Assembly: GCA_949295995.1 (NCBI GenBank)
Contig: CASFNK010000015.1
Location: 6,473-70,472 of the forward strand
From: an uncultured Pseudomonadota bacterium
GTDB taxonomy: Bacteria; Pseudomonadota; Alphaproteobacteria; RF32; CAG-239
DNA: 64,000 bases
Direction of reading: 5' to 3'
Below the pieces are notes generated by a model that made no database searches, had not been told where the DNA came from, and worked only from the letters and a program-made list of their open reading frames with translations. Every line of letters starts with the position of its first letter. Position 1 is the stretch's first letter. Of this stretch, positions 51,250 to 60,776 are shown one piece after another. The position numbers and the translations under genes are program-made.

Positions 51250-51783
51250 TTAGTTTTTTAAAAATTTAAAGAAATTTGCTAAATTCAGTTTTTTGCTTTT
51301 TTGCTTTTTTGAAGCAAAATAATGAACAGTTTCACCCCAATCCATTTTTTCCAAGAGTTCAACCTCCACTCTTGTAGAAAGGACAGAATATTTCAACACC
51401 CGACACCAATAGGTTTGCTTTTCTTCAGGCTTCTCATCATTCAAAGTCTGAACAATCACCACCGGAATAATCGTCAAATGCGTCAGGATTCTCCCCCTTA
51501 ATTCATCATCGATTTTATCGACAATGCAAGGATACATTGCACCGGTTTTAGCCCGATGCCATAAACGAAAATCGACCCAAAATTTATAACACAATGCTGC
51601 AATAATAGCTACCCAACCAATAAAGTTTTTGGAGCTAAAAAGCAACACCCAAACCAAAGTCAAACCAAACTGCACTCGAATGTCTTGCATTCTTGGCAAA
51701 GATTTAGCCAACCAAAACTGATTAGCTAACCAGACAATGACACCAGCCACCGCCCAATAAATTAAGATAACGATTGGATTCAT
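51250..51783 (-). CDS. Small membrane protein P5 (177 aa) of the tandem array
   Basis: N-terminal TM helices plus a C-terminal soluble region. Preceded by a consensus TTGACA-N16-TATAAT promoter. Confidence 0.6.
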   Translation of the reverse strand: MNPIVILIYWAVAGVIVWLANQFWLAKSLPRMQDIRVQFGLTLVWVLLFSSKNFIGWVAIIAALCYKFWVDFRLWHRAKTGAMYPCIVDKIDDELRGRILTHLTIIPVVIVQTLNDEKPEEKQTYWCRVLKYSVLSTRVEVELLEKMDWGETVHYFASKKQKSKKLNLANFFKFLKN

Positions 51784-51835
51784 ATCTCTAAATTTTTATA
51801 ATTAATAATATTCCTAATACTTATAAATTAGCGCC

Positions 51836-51863
51836 ATTATAGACAAAAATTATAAAATGTCAA
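51836..51863 (-). promoter_or_regulatory. Consensus sigma70 promoter for P5-P6 (TTGACA-N16-TATAAT)
   Basis: -35 at 51858-51863 and -10 at 51836-51841 on the minus strand, immediately after the P4 terminator. Confidence 0.5.
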
Positions 51864-51869
51864 ACAAAC

Positions 51870-51903
51870 AAAAAGGCTTTTATCTTACATTAGATAAAAG
51901 CCT
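51870..51903 (-). terminator. Terminator after P4
   Basis: 11-bp stem AGGCTTTTATC/GATAAAAGCCT followed by UUUUUGUUUG on the minus strand. Confidence 0.65.
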
Positions 51904-51912
51904 CTATAAAAA

Positions 51913-52440
51913 TTATGAATAAGAAGTAACCTTTATGTCAACCTCTTCACCGTAAAACCATTCCCAAACATCATAATAACACGATTTCACAACGACAGGA
52001 AAAACATTTCCCTTTTGGTACTTTTCAAAATTTCTGACCTCCAGCTCTGCACTTAAAGGATATTTGCAAAAATCAGTATCAAACTCACCGAAAATTCTAT
52101 CAGGTTTATAACAAATATAATTCACCTTAAAGTAATAAACACCTGACATCAGCTTGTTTGTAAACTTCTTTCTAAAAATCCGAATAGAAAGCAACGCCAA
52201 AATCTGACTTACAATTACCAACCCCAACCAGAAGAACAATTCAAAACGGTTAAAAGGATTTGTTGATACAAAATATCCAACAAAAAAGATAGCATCCACC
52301 GTTAGCTTAAATAAAAGATAATAAGCCCATCCTCCCTGAGAACCGATACTCATAATCTTTTTCTTGAATAGAGCAAACAAAAAATTACCCACATTAAGAG
52401 CAATCAGGATTCCGAAAATCCAATAAAAGACACAATCCAT
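51913..52440 (-). CDS. Small membrane protein P4 (175 aa) of the tandem array
   Basis: Three predicted TM helices plus a C-terminal soluble region. Has its own TTGACT promoter and a 5'UTR homologous to those of P2 and P5. Confidence 0.6.
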   Translation of the reverse strand: MDCVFYWIFGILIALNVGNFLFALFKKKIMSIGSQGGWAYYLLFKLTVDAIFFVGYFVSTNPFNRFELFFWLGLVIVSQILALLSIRIFRKKFTNKLMSGVYYFKVNYICYKPDRIFGEFDTDFCKYPLSAELEVRNFEKYQKGNVFPVVVKSCYYDVWEWFYGEEVDIKVTSYS

Positions 52441-52485
52441 AACTCGAAAAAATTTAAGTGATACAATAATAAATTACTGTTTTCA

Positions 52486-52514
52486 GCTATACTTAAATTT
52501 CTTTTTTGAGTCAA
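52486..52514 (-). promoter_or_regulatory. Candidate promoter for P4 (TTGACT-N17-TATAGC)
   Basis: -35 at 52509-52514 and -10 at 52486-52491 on the minus strand, immediately after the P3 terminator. Confidence 0.4.
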
Positions 52515-52547
52515 ACAAAAAAGGGGTAGCCTTGCCCCCCTTTTTTA
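52509..52547 (-). terminator. Terminator after P3
   Basis: AAAAAAGGGG-10 nt loop-CCCCTTTTTT immediately after the P3 stop codon. Confidence 0.55.
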
Positions 52548-52898
52548 TAATTTATCTATATTTTTGCAAGTTTTGATACCTCTAAGAAAAAGTACTCCAA
52601 ACAATATCGGTGCAAGCACCAATCCGGCAGACAGCAAGTAGTACCCCAAATTTACATAAACGTGCAAAGATAATTCGCACCACCACATAAAGAGCACAAC
52701 CGCCGCCACAACAAACCCAAAGAACAAAAATCCTTGAATTTCGATAATCCTTTTTTCAAGTTGAACTTTGATAATAGTGCGGTTTACCGTTCTTTTCAGT
52801 GTTTCCGCAGCCTCCTTATCACATTTTTTCAACTCTAAAAAAGCATAGCGGTCTAATACCAAACAAAACACAACAAAAAAGATTAAAAGCCATAACAT
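52545..52898 (-). CDS. Small 3-TM membrane protein P3 (117 aa), paralogue of P2
   Basis: C-terminal half aligns with P2 (QG...W...VLVLA.ILF.V...R.....K...KL). 13 nt downstream of P2. Confidence 0.6.
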   Translation of the reverse strand: MLWLLIFFVVFCLVLDRYAFLELKKCDKEAAETLKRTVNRTIIKVQLEKRIIEIQGFLFFGFVVAAVVLFMWWCELSLHVYVNLGYYLLSAGLVLAPILFGVLFLRGIKTCKNIDKL

Positions 52899-52911
52899 AA
52901 CTCATAATTTG

Positions 52912-53283
52912 CTATAATTTTTCTACTTTTTGAGAAATGCAAACCGCTCTTATTGCCACAACAGCAAACAAAATTGTCGCCAAAACAAGGACTCCGCCAA
53001 AAAGATACATCCAAATATCCAATGTCAAATAGGTTTTATCTTCCCAAAAATAGCAAAAGACCAAACCGACACAAGCTAAAGCAAGAATAACTCCTTGCAC
53101 ACGAACACCTTTAACCGCGGAAATATGTTTTTCCATATTCCACCTATCTTCAAAAGAAAGAGAGTGTTGGCTTAACTTTTCTTCTGTGAGTTGTTTTTCA
53201 GACTTGTTAAGCGAAACCAGATACCAAACACCTATTGCGACTAACAATATCGCAATAAATAAAAAAATAATACTTTCTAACAT
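52912..53283 (-). CDS. Small 3-TM membrane protein P2 (124 aa), paralogue of P3
   Basis: ATG at 53283 has the same start context as P3 and P4 (gagttATG). Track start at 53328 is a TTG that would lie upstream of the predicted promoter -10. Confidence 0.6.
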   Translation of the reverse strand: MLESIIFLFIAILLVAIGVWYLVSLNKSEKQLTEEKLSQHSLSFEDRWNMEKHISAVKGVRVQGVILALACVGLVFCYFWEDKTYLTLDIWMYLFGGVLVLATILFAVVAIRAVCISQKVEKL

Positions 53284-53326
53284 AACTCGAAAATTTTTAA
53301 GATTAATAATAAAATTAAGTATTTTC

Positions 53327-53354
53327 AAAATATCATATAGCTACATTTTGTCAA
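53327..53354 (-). promoter_or_regulatory. Candidate promoter for P2-P3 (TTGACA-N16-TATTTT)
   Basis: -35 at 53349-53354 and -10 at 53327-53332 on the minus strand, immediately after the P1 terminator. Confidence 0.4.
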
Positions 53355-53361
53355 CATCTTC

Positions 53362-53401
53362 AAAAAAAGAACTCGCTTTCGTTTATCAAGAAAGCAAGTT
53401 C
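53362..53401 (-). terminator. Terminator after P1
   Basis: 12-bp stem (one G-U) GAACTTGCTTTC/GAAAGCGAGTTC followed by a U7 run on the minus strand. Confidence 0.7.
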
Positions 53402-53407
53402 TTTTAA

Positions 53408-53698
53408 TTAATTTTCGACAAACTCTTCCAATTTAAAGAGTTTATTCTTTTCGTTATACCCAACAACAACAGCTTTAACTCTTTCAGAGTGAGGTTGTTT
53501 TTCAAAATATCCCAAATGGTCTCCGTAAAGAAAAAATTTACAAAGCCAAAGACCATTTTCTTCTTTTTTTAATCGAGCAACAACCACACCATTTTTATAA
53601 TACTGCTGTCTTCTTTTTTTTCTGGCCACCCTTATTTCATTATAGACATACAAACTATAAAGAACAAGGAATGCCACAATACATAAACCAGTTTTCAT
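53408..53698 (-). CDS. Small membrane-anchored protein P1 (96 aa) of the tandem array
   Basis: ATG at 53698 (MKTGLCIVAFLVLYSLYVY...). The longer GTG-start form to 53749 would overlap the predicted promoter. Hairpin terminator follows. Confidence 0.5.
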   Translation of the reverse strand: MKTGLCIVAFLVLYSLYVYNEIRVARKKRRQQYYKNGVVVARLKKEENGLWLCKFFLYGDHLGYFEKQPHSERVKAVVVGYNEKNKLFKLEEFVEN

Positions 53699-53729
53699 AA
53701 TGATAAATAAATAAGATTTTATATAAAAA

Positions 53730-53759
53730 TATATAAATAAGTTTTTCACTAACTGTCAA
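53730..53759 (-). promoter_or_regulatory. Candidate promoter for P1 (TTGACA-N18-TATATA)
   Basis: -35 at 53754-53759 and -10 at 53730-53735 on the minus strand, immediately after the pnp terminator. Confidence 0.3.
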
Positions 53760-53767
53760 CATTCAAA

Positions 53768-53802
53768 CAAAAAAAGACCCATTTCTTTCCCAAGAAATGA
53801 GT
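53768..53802 (-). terminator. Terminator after pnp
   Basis: 12-bp stem (one G-U) GACTCATTTCTT/AAGAAATGGGTC followed by a U7 run on the minus strand. Confidence 0.75.
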
Positions 53803-53830
53803 CCTTTCTTTTCAAAAGCGGATTAAATAA

Positions 53831-55951
53831 TTATTTTTCCAAATCTTCACCGGTTTCTTGATTAACTCTTTTAGCTGAGAGTTTAATCTTACCGCGATTA
53901 TCTTGACCGATGCATTTAACCCAGATTGTATCACCTTCTTTATAGAAGTCGGAAACGGAAGCGATTCTCTCATTTTTGACTTCAGAGATATGAACCAACC
54001 CTTCGGTTGTTCCGAGGAAGCGAACAAAAGCCCCGAAATCCATAATTTTGGTAATAACACCTTTATAGATTTTGCCTTCTTCGGGTTCTGCAACGATTCC
54101 CATAATCCAGTCAAGAGCCGCATCACCATCTTCTTTTTTCATGGTAGCGATACGAATAACACCATCATCGGAAATATCGATTTTAGAATTGGTTTTTTCG
54201 GTAATTTCACGAATAACCTTACCGCCGGAACCAATAACTTCGCGAATTTTATCGACCGGAATTTTAATGGCGATGATACGCGGAGCTTTGTCAGAAACAT
54301 GCGGACGAGGAGCAGAAATAGCCTTAGCCATTTCACCCAAGATATGGATACGACCTTCATGAGCTTGAGCCAAAGCCTTTTCCATAATTTCTTTGGTAAT
54401 GGAGGTGATTTTAATATCCATCTGCAAAGCGGTAACACCATCTTTTGTACCGGCGACCTTAAAGTCCATATCGCCCAAATGGTCTTCATCACCCAAAATA
54501 TCGGTCAAAATAGCAACACGACCGTCATCTTCTTTAATCAAGCCCATGGCAATACCAGCCACTGGTTTTGTCATTGGCACACCGGCAGACATCAAAGACA
54601 TGGTTGAGCCGCAAACGGTTGCCATAGATGAAGAACCGTTTGATTCCATAATTTCTGAAACCACGCGAATAGTGTAAGGGAAACTGTCTTGATTTTTCGG
54701 CAACATCGGATGAATAGCACGCCAAGCCAATTTACCATGACCGATTTCACGACGTCCCGGGCTACCGATTCTACCGCATTCACCAACTGAGAACGGCGGG
54801 AAGTTATAGTTCAGCATAAAGTCTTCTTTATACTCAGCCATCAGACCATCAACGACTTGAGCATCTTCACCTGTACCCAAAGTGGTAACCACCAAAGCCT
54901 GAGTTTCACCACGGGTAAAGATAGCAGAACCATGAGCCATAGGCAAAACATCAACTTCGCATTGAATTGGGCGAACGGTTTTGGTATCACGACCATCAAT
55001 ACGATGACCGGTAGTCAAAACTTTTTCTCTCATAACATGGTGCATCAATTTTTCGATAGCATCTTGCGCATAGCGTTGCTCGAATTCATTTTCCGGATCC
55101 AAAGTAGCCTTGAATTTTTCAGAGGCTTGGGCAATGAGTTCGCCACGTTTCAATTTATCGGTTTCCTTAAAGGCTTCTTCAAAATCAGCACTAAATCCGT
55201 CAGCCAATTTTTTGTAGAGTTCATCAAATTCAGGCGGAAATACCGGAGTTTCCCAAGCTTCTTTTCCGGCTTCGGCTTTTAATTCTTCAATAAGTTTAAT
55301 AACCGGTTGGAAGTTTTCAAAACCAAACATAACGGCACCAAGCATTGTTTCTTCAGACAATTCTTGAGCTTCGGATTCAACCATCAAAACACCTTCTTTG
55401 GTACCGGCAACCACCAATTCCAAATCCGATTCTTTAATTTGTTCAATCGTTGGGTTCAAAATATATTGACCATCTTTATAGCCGATTTTAGCCGAAGCAA
55501 TAGGCCCCAAGAACGGAATACCGGAAATGCTCAAAGCAGCCGAAGCGGCAATCATAGCCGGAATATCGGAATCAGTTACTTGGTCATGAGACAATACGGT
55601 ACAAATAACTTGAACTTCGTTTTTGAAAGCATCCGGAAACAGAGGACGAATAGGTCTGTCAATCAAACGAGAGAGCAAAACTTCACGTTCACTTGGTTTG
55701 CCTTCACGTTTCATAAATCCGCCGGGAACTTTACCGGTAGCATAGTATTTTTCTTGATAATTAACTGTCAAAGGAAAGAAATCCTGATCAGCCTTTACCT
55801 CTTTAGCTGCGCAAACAGTTGCAATAACTTCGGTTTCACCATAGGTAACAACGACAGCCCCTTGCGCTTGACGAGCCAGCTTACCCGTTTCCAATACCAA
55901 TTTGCGTCCGCCCCATTCCATTTCTTTGCGAACCACATTAAAATTGATCAT
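53831..55951 (-). CDS. pnp: Polyribonucleotide nucleotidyltransferase (PNPase)
   Basis: ATG at 55951 ([18 protein letters not shown]) has AAAGGAAAG RBS. RNase PH, KH and S1 domains present. Confidence 0.95.
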   Translation of the reverse strand: MINFNVVRKEMEWGGRKLVLETGKLARQAQGAVVVTYGETEVIATVCAAKEVKADQDFFPLTVNYQEKYYATGKVPGGFMKREGKPSEREVLLSRLIDRPIRPLFPDAFKNEVQVICTVLSHDQVTDSDIPAMIAASAALSISGIPFLGPIASAKIGYKDGQYILNPTIEQIKESDLELVVAGTKEGVLMVESEAQELSEETMLGAVMFGFENFQPVIKLIEELKAEAGKEAWETPVFPPEFDELYKKLADGFSADFEEAFKETDKLKRGELIAQASEKFKATLDPENEFEQRYAQDAIEKLMHHVMREKVLTTGHRIDGRDTKTVRPIQCEVDVLPMAHGSAIFTRGETQALVVTTLGTGEDAQVVDGLMAEYKEDFMLNYNFPPFSVGECGRIGSPGRREIGHGKLAWRAIHPMLPKNQDSFPYTIRVVSEIMESNGSSSMATVCGSTMSLMSAGVPMTKPVAGIAMGLIKEDDGRVAILTDILGDEDHLGDMDFKVAGTKDGVTALQMDIKITSITKEIMEKALAQAHEGRIHILGEMAKAISAPRPHVSDKAPRIIAIKIPVDKIREVIGSGGKVIREITEKTNSKIDISDDGVIRIATMKKEDGDAALDWIMGIVAEPEEGKIYKGVITKIMDFGAFVRFLGTTEGLVHISEVKNERIASVSDFYKEGDTIWVKCIGQDNRGKIKLSAKRVNQETGEDLEK

Positions 55952-56254
55952 ATATCTTTCCTTTCTTTCATATTCTCTTACAAACATCAATCAATCCGAG
56001 CCTTCCCGAACTGACCACCTGCTCAAGAGCAGGATTTAAAACGAATGCGGAACACCCTGCCCCGCATTCCAAAAACTTTGTTCAGCCAACAACAACCCCA
56101 AAGGTTGATTTAGGCTGACTTCTCCACATATCAAAAAATATTTTAATGGAGCAAAGAGAGCTCTTTTTAACGGCAACACAAATTATATCATACACCAAAG
56201 TACATAATTGCGAGACGAAATAAAATTGCCCTAATTGCCCCATTAAATAAATTC
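55952..56254 (-). promoter_or_regulatory. rpsO-pnp intergenic leader (terminator/attenuator hairpins upstream of pnp)
   Basis: 303-nt gap between rpsO and pnp with an 8-bp GC hairpin (56043-56069) and a 5-bp hairpin (56018-56033). The E. coli rpsO-pnp intergenic region carries the rpsO terminator and an RNase III-processed pnp leader. Confidence 0.35.
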
Positions 56255-56524
56255 CTACTTACGGAGGTCTAATCTCTTAATCAAATCCTGATATCTGCTT
56301 TCGCTCTTAGATTTCAGGTGATCTAACAAGTGGCGACGACGGCTAACCATCTTCATCAAGCCCAAGCGAGAGTGTAAATCTTTTTGATGAGTATTGAAGT
56401 GCTCAATCAAAGCATTGATTCTGTAGGTCCAAATAGCGATTTGAACTTCCGGAGAACCGGTATCACCTGGGGTTAAACCATATTCTTTAATTAATTCTTG
56501 TTTTTTTTCATTAGTAATCGACAT
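56255..56524 (-). CDS. rpsO: 30S ribosomal protein S15
   Basis: ATG at 56524 gives [15 protein letters not shown]...; 89 aa. Confidence 0.92.
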   Translation of the reverse strand: MSITNEKKQELIKEYGLTPGDTGSPEVQIAIWTYRINALIEHFNTHQKDLHSRLGLMKMVSRRRHLLDHLKSKSESRYQDLIKRLDLRK

Positions 56525-56544
56525 CAATTTATCCTTTATACATA

Positions 56545-57453
56545 TTAAAGATTAAACACTCGAACCGGAGAAATTCTTTTTTCCTCGATTCGCACAATCG
56601 CAATCAAATTATCCTCGAAATAAGCCGCAGCCTCACGACCAATCAAATTTTGCACTTGATAAGCCTTCGGCGACACGCCTTGTCCAAGTTTAAGTTTGTT
56701 TGCATCAACTTCCGAAACAGCAATCACCGCGATGTCGCGCAGAGATGTTTCTAACGGAAGCAAAAATTCTTTTAGGGGGATACTATGCACCAAATTTTTT
56801 ATATTTTCCAGTAAAATTTTCGACTCAAGCCCGAAATTACCGCATTTTGTGCGTCTTAACTCCTGCAAATAGCCGAGAGTCCCCAATTTTTGAGCCAAAT
56901 CATGCCCGAGTGTGCGCACATAAGTCCCTTTAGAGCACTCCACCCGAAAACGCGCTTGGTGATTCTCTAATTCTTCTAAAAGTTCCAGAGCATAAATTTC
57001 AACTTCTCGCTCCGGTATGGCAACCTCTTCACCTTTTCTGGCCAAATTATAAGCCCGTTCCCCATTGATTTTAATGGCAGAATAAACCGGCGGAACCTGT
57101 TTTATTTTGCCGATAAATTGCGGCAAGACGCTTAAAATTTCTTCTCTTGTTGGAATTTTTGACGATTCTCCGATAATTTCGCCTTCAGAATCATCGGTAT
57201 TGGTTGCTTTGCCCCATTGAATGATAAATTCATATTCTTTTTTTCCATCCGTAACATAAGGCAAGAGCTTTGTCGCCTCACCGAATGCAATCGGCAACAC
57301 GCCGGTAGCAAAAGGGTCAAGCGTGCCGGCATGCCCGTTCTTTTTGGCATTAAGCCATTTACGAGTCAAATTAACCACCTGCGTTGAGCCGATATCCCGA
57401 GGTTTATCGACAATCAGCCAACCGTTTATATTTTCGCCTTTTTTATGTTTCAT
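56545..57453 (-). CDS. truB: tRNA pseudouridine(55) synthase TruB
   Basis: [14 protein letters not shown] catalytic motif. Confidence 0.9.
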   Translation of the reverse strand: MKHKKGENINGWLIVDKPRDIGSTQVVNLTRKWLNAKKNGHAGTLDPFATGVLPIAFGEATKLLPYVTDGKKEYEFIIQWGKATNTDDSEGEIIGESSKIPTREEILSVLPQFIGKIKQVPPVYSAIKINGERAYNLARKGEEVAIPEREVEIYALELLEELENHQARFRVECSKGTYVRTLGHDLAQKLGTLGYLQELRRTKCGNFGLESKILLENIKNLVHSIPLKEFLLPLETSLRDIAVIAVSEVDANKLKLGQGVSPKAYQVQNLIGREAAAYFEDNLIAIVRIEEKRISPVRVFNL

Positions 57454-57546
57454 ATTTTATCATCCTTACCTCTTGTTTAAAGGATAAGTTTTCGGCTGGC
57501 AACAAAAAAGTGCTTCTTTCAAATAGAAGCACTTTCAAGCAAAAGA

Positions 57547-58599
57547 TTAATCTTTGAGCAACTGCACACGATACCTCAAACCGTCTTTAACACAGACAAA
57601 TTTATCCGTTTTTTTACCCCGACAAACAAACAAGCATCTCTGCCCGTTATACTTATCCATAAACACATCATCGGCCTTTTGCTCATAGCTCAATGACGGG
57701 CAACTCACCAGATAAACCTCTTTCTGATATCCCTGAAATATCCGCCAGACATCGGCATAGATATTCAAGTCCAAATTCTGCATCAAACAACTCTCAAAGC
57801 AAGGGATTAACTTTTTCTTTTCATTAGATATTTTCCCTTCCCATAAAGCGTTCACCAAAACAGAATCTTCCGCTAAGACATTACCAAAACCTTTTTTCTT
57901 TTTCAGAAAATCCTCAACAAAATTGGCATATTCCACCAGCTTCGAACAAGGACTTTCCGTAAAGATAATTTTGGTTTCAAAGGTGCTTTCCGGAATTTTC
58001 ATTCCCAAATGTTCGCTCATTTTGCGACGTCGCATACAGCTGACAAATCGCCAACCGTCTTTCAGCCGAATTTTCATAATATCGGCTTCCAAACCTTGAG
58101 CACTTTGGGAGGTTAATTTTTGGTAATCCGAACACTCTTTTTGGCAGAGCTTTTCATTTTGAAAATAGCTGAAAAGATATTTTCCGCTCAACTGTTTGCC
58201 CTCAAACACCTTAAGTACAAACAAAAAATTGTTCAAATCTTCCGCTTTTCCCAGAATTTTCACCTGAAAATCCTCTTGCCACAAATGCCACGTTCCATTT
58301 TGCGAATATAAAATTTGTTCACCCAAAATTTCATACTTTTCAACAATGGATACCGTATGCAAAAGATGTGCTTTTTTATCTTCCCGACACAAGCAGAAAA
58401 ATTTTTCATTATACTTCAAGGCAAACACATTATCGCTAACGTCTAAAATCTCATCAGCCACAAGGGTTGTTTTCATCTCATAGTCCGGAATACTCATTTG
58501 TCGCAAAACAATTTTGTTTCCGACTTTTCTTAACTCATAATCTTTTTTAATTTCTGGTTTCATAATAATAAAATTTATAATTAAGTGAATTGAGCCCAC
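57547..58599 (-). CDS. Hypothetical Cys-rich protein (350 aa)
   Basis: Many Cys pairs (CLC, CQKEC, CFESC, FVCRGKKTDKFVC). No known family. Inserted between truB and rbfA. Confidence 0.55.
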   Translation of the reverse strand: MGSIHLIINFIIMKPEIKKDYELRKVGNKIVLRQMSIPDYEMKTTLVADEILDVSDNVFALKYNEKFFCLCREDKKAHLLHTVSIVEKYEILGEQILYSQNGTWHLWQEDFQVKILGKAEDLNNFLFVLKVFEGKQLSGKYLFSYFQNEKLCQKECSDYQKLTSQSAQGLEADIMKIRLKDGWRFVSCMRRRKMSEHLGMKIPESTFETKIIFTESPCSKLVEYANFVEDFLKKKKGFGNVLAEDSVLVNALWEGKISNEKKKLIPCFESCLMQNLDLNIYADVWRIFQGYQKEVYLVSCPSLSYEQKADDVFMDKYNGQRCLFVCRGKKTDKFVCVKDGLRYRVQLLKD

Positions 58600-58711
58600 T
58601 ATACATCAAACTTTTCAAAAAGCAAACATTTTCGACAAATCACTTGACAAAACACTCTGTTTTGCTATCATAAATCCAATAACTTATTTTTATGACTAAA
58701 AACAAATCAAA

Positions 58712-59608
58712 ATGAAAAAGAATGTGAACTTAGAATTTTTGCCGGAGTATAATGCTTACGGCATTAGTGATGAAAAAATGTCATCTTTTGCAAAAGAAGG
58801 CATCACGCCTATTTTGCAATTGTCAGATGGAGACTACGCCCAACTGGCAAACAAAGAACCTCTTGCCAACCAACCAATCGTCGGCTTTCTGATGGGTCGC
58901 GAAAAAGGCTATTATACAATTGATATGCCTTACGCCAAGGCAATTGCCCAATCAGGTGTAAATCTCAGATTTTTAACCTACAACGAAAATCTGTCGCAAA
59001 TGGATGGCATTGACGGTCTGATTTTGCCGGGTGGCGCATTTGATTCGCCCAATGAGTTCTACACGGACCCGCAAAAAGGAGACAGTAAACCTGGAACCCG
59101 TTCTTACGCCTACATAACTTCAATTATGAAAGCCGAAAAAGAAGGGATTCCAATGTTAGGAATTTGCGCCGGAGCGCAGATGATAGGTGGTATGCACGGC
59201 ATGAAAATGTACCGTGATCTCAAAGCCTACACCCAAACCTCTTTGGAACACAAAACCAAAGATTTGGGCGCACACGACGTTTTCATCTACCCTGACACAC
59301 CTTTGGCAAGAATCTTAGGCGAAGGGCATATTAAAACCAACTCACGCCACCGTGAGGCAATGATGCCCAACGATAAGATGTCAGACCTCAAAATCTACGC
59401 CTCCACCGCTGATGGCACACCCGAAGCCTGGGGCAATGAGGACAAAAACATTTTGTGTATCCAGTGGCATCCAGAGGATTTTGCCGCCCAAGGTGATACC
59501 AAAATGCAAAAAATTTATGACTGGTTGGCCGAAAAAGCCTCTCAGCATAAACAAATGCAGATGCAAAAACAAAGAAGCTGGCAGAAGAAATCTCTTCTCT
59601 CCCGCTAA
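58712..59608 (+). CDS. Class I glutamine amidotransferase-like / peptidase C26 family hydrolase
   Basis: GLILPGGAFD...MLGICAGAQM (nucleophile Cys)...IQWHPE (His). Terminator hairpin follows. Confidence 0.7.
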   Translation: MKKNVNLEFLPEYNAYGISDEKMSSFAKEGITPILQLSDGDYAQLANKEPLANQPIVGFLMGREKGYYTIDMPYAKAIAQSGVNLRFLTYNENLSQMDGIDGLILPGGAFDSPNEFYTDPQKGDSKPGTRSYAYITSIMKAEKEGIPMLGICAGAQMIGGMHGMKMYRDLKAYTQTSLEHKTKDLGAHDVFIYPDTPLARILGEGHIKTNSRHREAMMPNDKMSDLKIYASTADGTPEAWGNEDKNILCIQWHPEDFAAQGDTKMQKIYDWLAEKASQHKQMQMQKQRSWQKKSLLSR

Positions 59609-59626
59609 CCTTTGTTAAAAAAAAAC

Positions 59627-59662
59627 CGCTCAGCTCAATTCTGGGCGGTTATTTTTATACCT
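59627..59662 (+). terminator. Terminator after the GATase-like gene
   Basis: 8-bp stem CCGCTCAG/CTGGGCGG (one G-U) followed by TTATTTTTAT. Confidence 0.55.
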
Positions 59663-59674
59663 AAAAATTTCAAA

Positions 59675-60277
59675 CTATCGTACCAAGGTTTCAAGTTCAT
59701 ATTTCTCCAAATCTTGCAAAGAAACGCCTCTTTCAATTTGCAAGCACCAAATGGGTCGCGGAGCCATTTCTTCATAAACCTGAATTCCATAAACCCCATT
59801 TGCAAAGCAGGCTTCACGTTCTTTTTCAAACATATCGAAATATCCCGCTACAACACAGTACAATAAATCATAAGTATCGCCATTTCTAACAAGCAATACC
59901 TCGCTTTTGAGTTTTTTTGAAACTTTCACATCAAAAAAATCCGTCTCACAAACATAGCCGTTTTCTTTAGCAAAAATTCTAAATTTCTTATCAAATTTTT
60001 TTGCTAAATAATTTTCAAGATTGATTCTCAAAACAACCTCATCCGCAAACCGATGCGACCAAGTATAAAAGACAAATTCGGGCATCTTTTCCGCCCATTT
60101 GACCACATCTTCTTTGATAGCCATTTTTTTCTTACGAAATTCTGATACCAGAAGAATACTCTCAAGTTCTCTTAAATCCATAACAATAAAAGACCTGATG
60201 TATTTTTCATCTTTTTCATACAACTCTTGCAAGTCTTGCGTTGGCAAATACTTAGCTTTGTTTTCTTTACTTAACAT
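59675..60277 (-). CDS. Hypothetical protein (200 aa)
   Basis: ORF between the rbfA terminator and the GATase-like gene. Confidence 0.5.
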   Translation of the reverse strand: MLSKENKAKYLPTQDLQELYEKDEKYIRSFIVMDLRELESILLVSEFRKKKMAIKEDVVKWAEKMPEFVFYTWSHRFADEVVLRINLENYLAKKFDKKFRIFAKENGYVCETDFFDVKVSKKLKSEVLLVRNGDTYDLLYCVVAGYFDMFEKEREACFANGVYGIQVYEEMAPRPIWCLQIERGVSLQDLEKYELETLVR

Positions 60278-60337
60278 AATGCTTAAATTTTAATAATTAG
60301 AAATTAAACCAAGAATAACATTTTATTTTCCTTAGGC

Positions 60338-60366
60338 AAGAAAAAACCTCCTTACGGAGGCTTTTT
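60338..60366 (-). terminator. Terminator after rbfA
   Basis: CCTCC-TTAC-GGAGG hairpin with A/T runs on both sides, 8 nt after the rbfA stop. Confidence 0.5.
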
Positions 60367-60368
60367 AT

Positions 60369-60758
60369 TTATTCTTCACCTTTGGTCTGTAAGTCTCTTT
60401 GAACTTTTGGGTCATGAAGCAATTTTTCGATTCGATCAACTTCCTCAAAAGTATCATCTAAGCGGAAATTAATCTCCGGTACATAACGCAAGGTCGTCTT
60501 TTTGCCGATAACCTTACGAAAATGTCCGCCGGCCAATTGCAAACCACCCATAACCTCTTGGTTCAAAGCATTATTGGACGTGATAAAATAAACATTACAA
60601 TACTTCAAATCCGGAGAAACTTGCACATCGGTAATTGTAACGAGCGCATCGATTCCCTCCAAATTTCTGACATTTTCATGCTGAATTTCGCCGGCAATAA
60701 TTTTCTTAATTTCTTGCCCAACACGCAGCTGTCTTTGAGATTGTTCTTTTATTGCCAT
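60369..60758 (-). CDS. rbfA: Ribosome-binding factor A
   Basis: 129 aa (RVGQEIKKIIAGEI...VTITDVQVSPDLKYCNVYF). Confidence 0.88.
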   Translation of the reverse strand: MAIKEQSQRQLRVGQEIKKIIAGEIQHENVRNLEGIDALVTITDVQVSPDLKYCNVYFITSNNALNQEVMGGLQLAGGHFRKVIGKKTTLRYVPEINFRLDDTFEEVDRIEKLLHDPKVQRDLQTKGEE

Positions 60759-60776
60759 ATTTCACCTCACAACCAA

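Noticed and set aside
53699-53749. GTG-start extension of P1 to 113 aa
   Set aside because: The predicted TTGACA promoter (-35 at 53754-53759) would place the transcription start site inside this extension.
53903-56014. Long plus-strand ORFs (234, 141 and 235 aa)
   Set aside because: They are antisense to pnp. Their composition is unnatural (N/F/G/H-rich) and they have no RBS.
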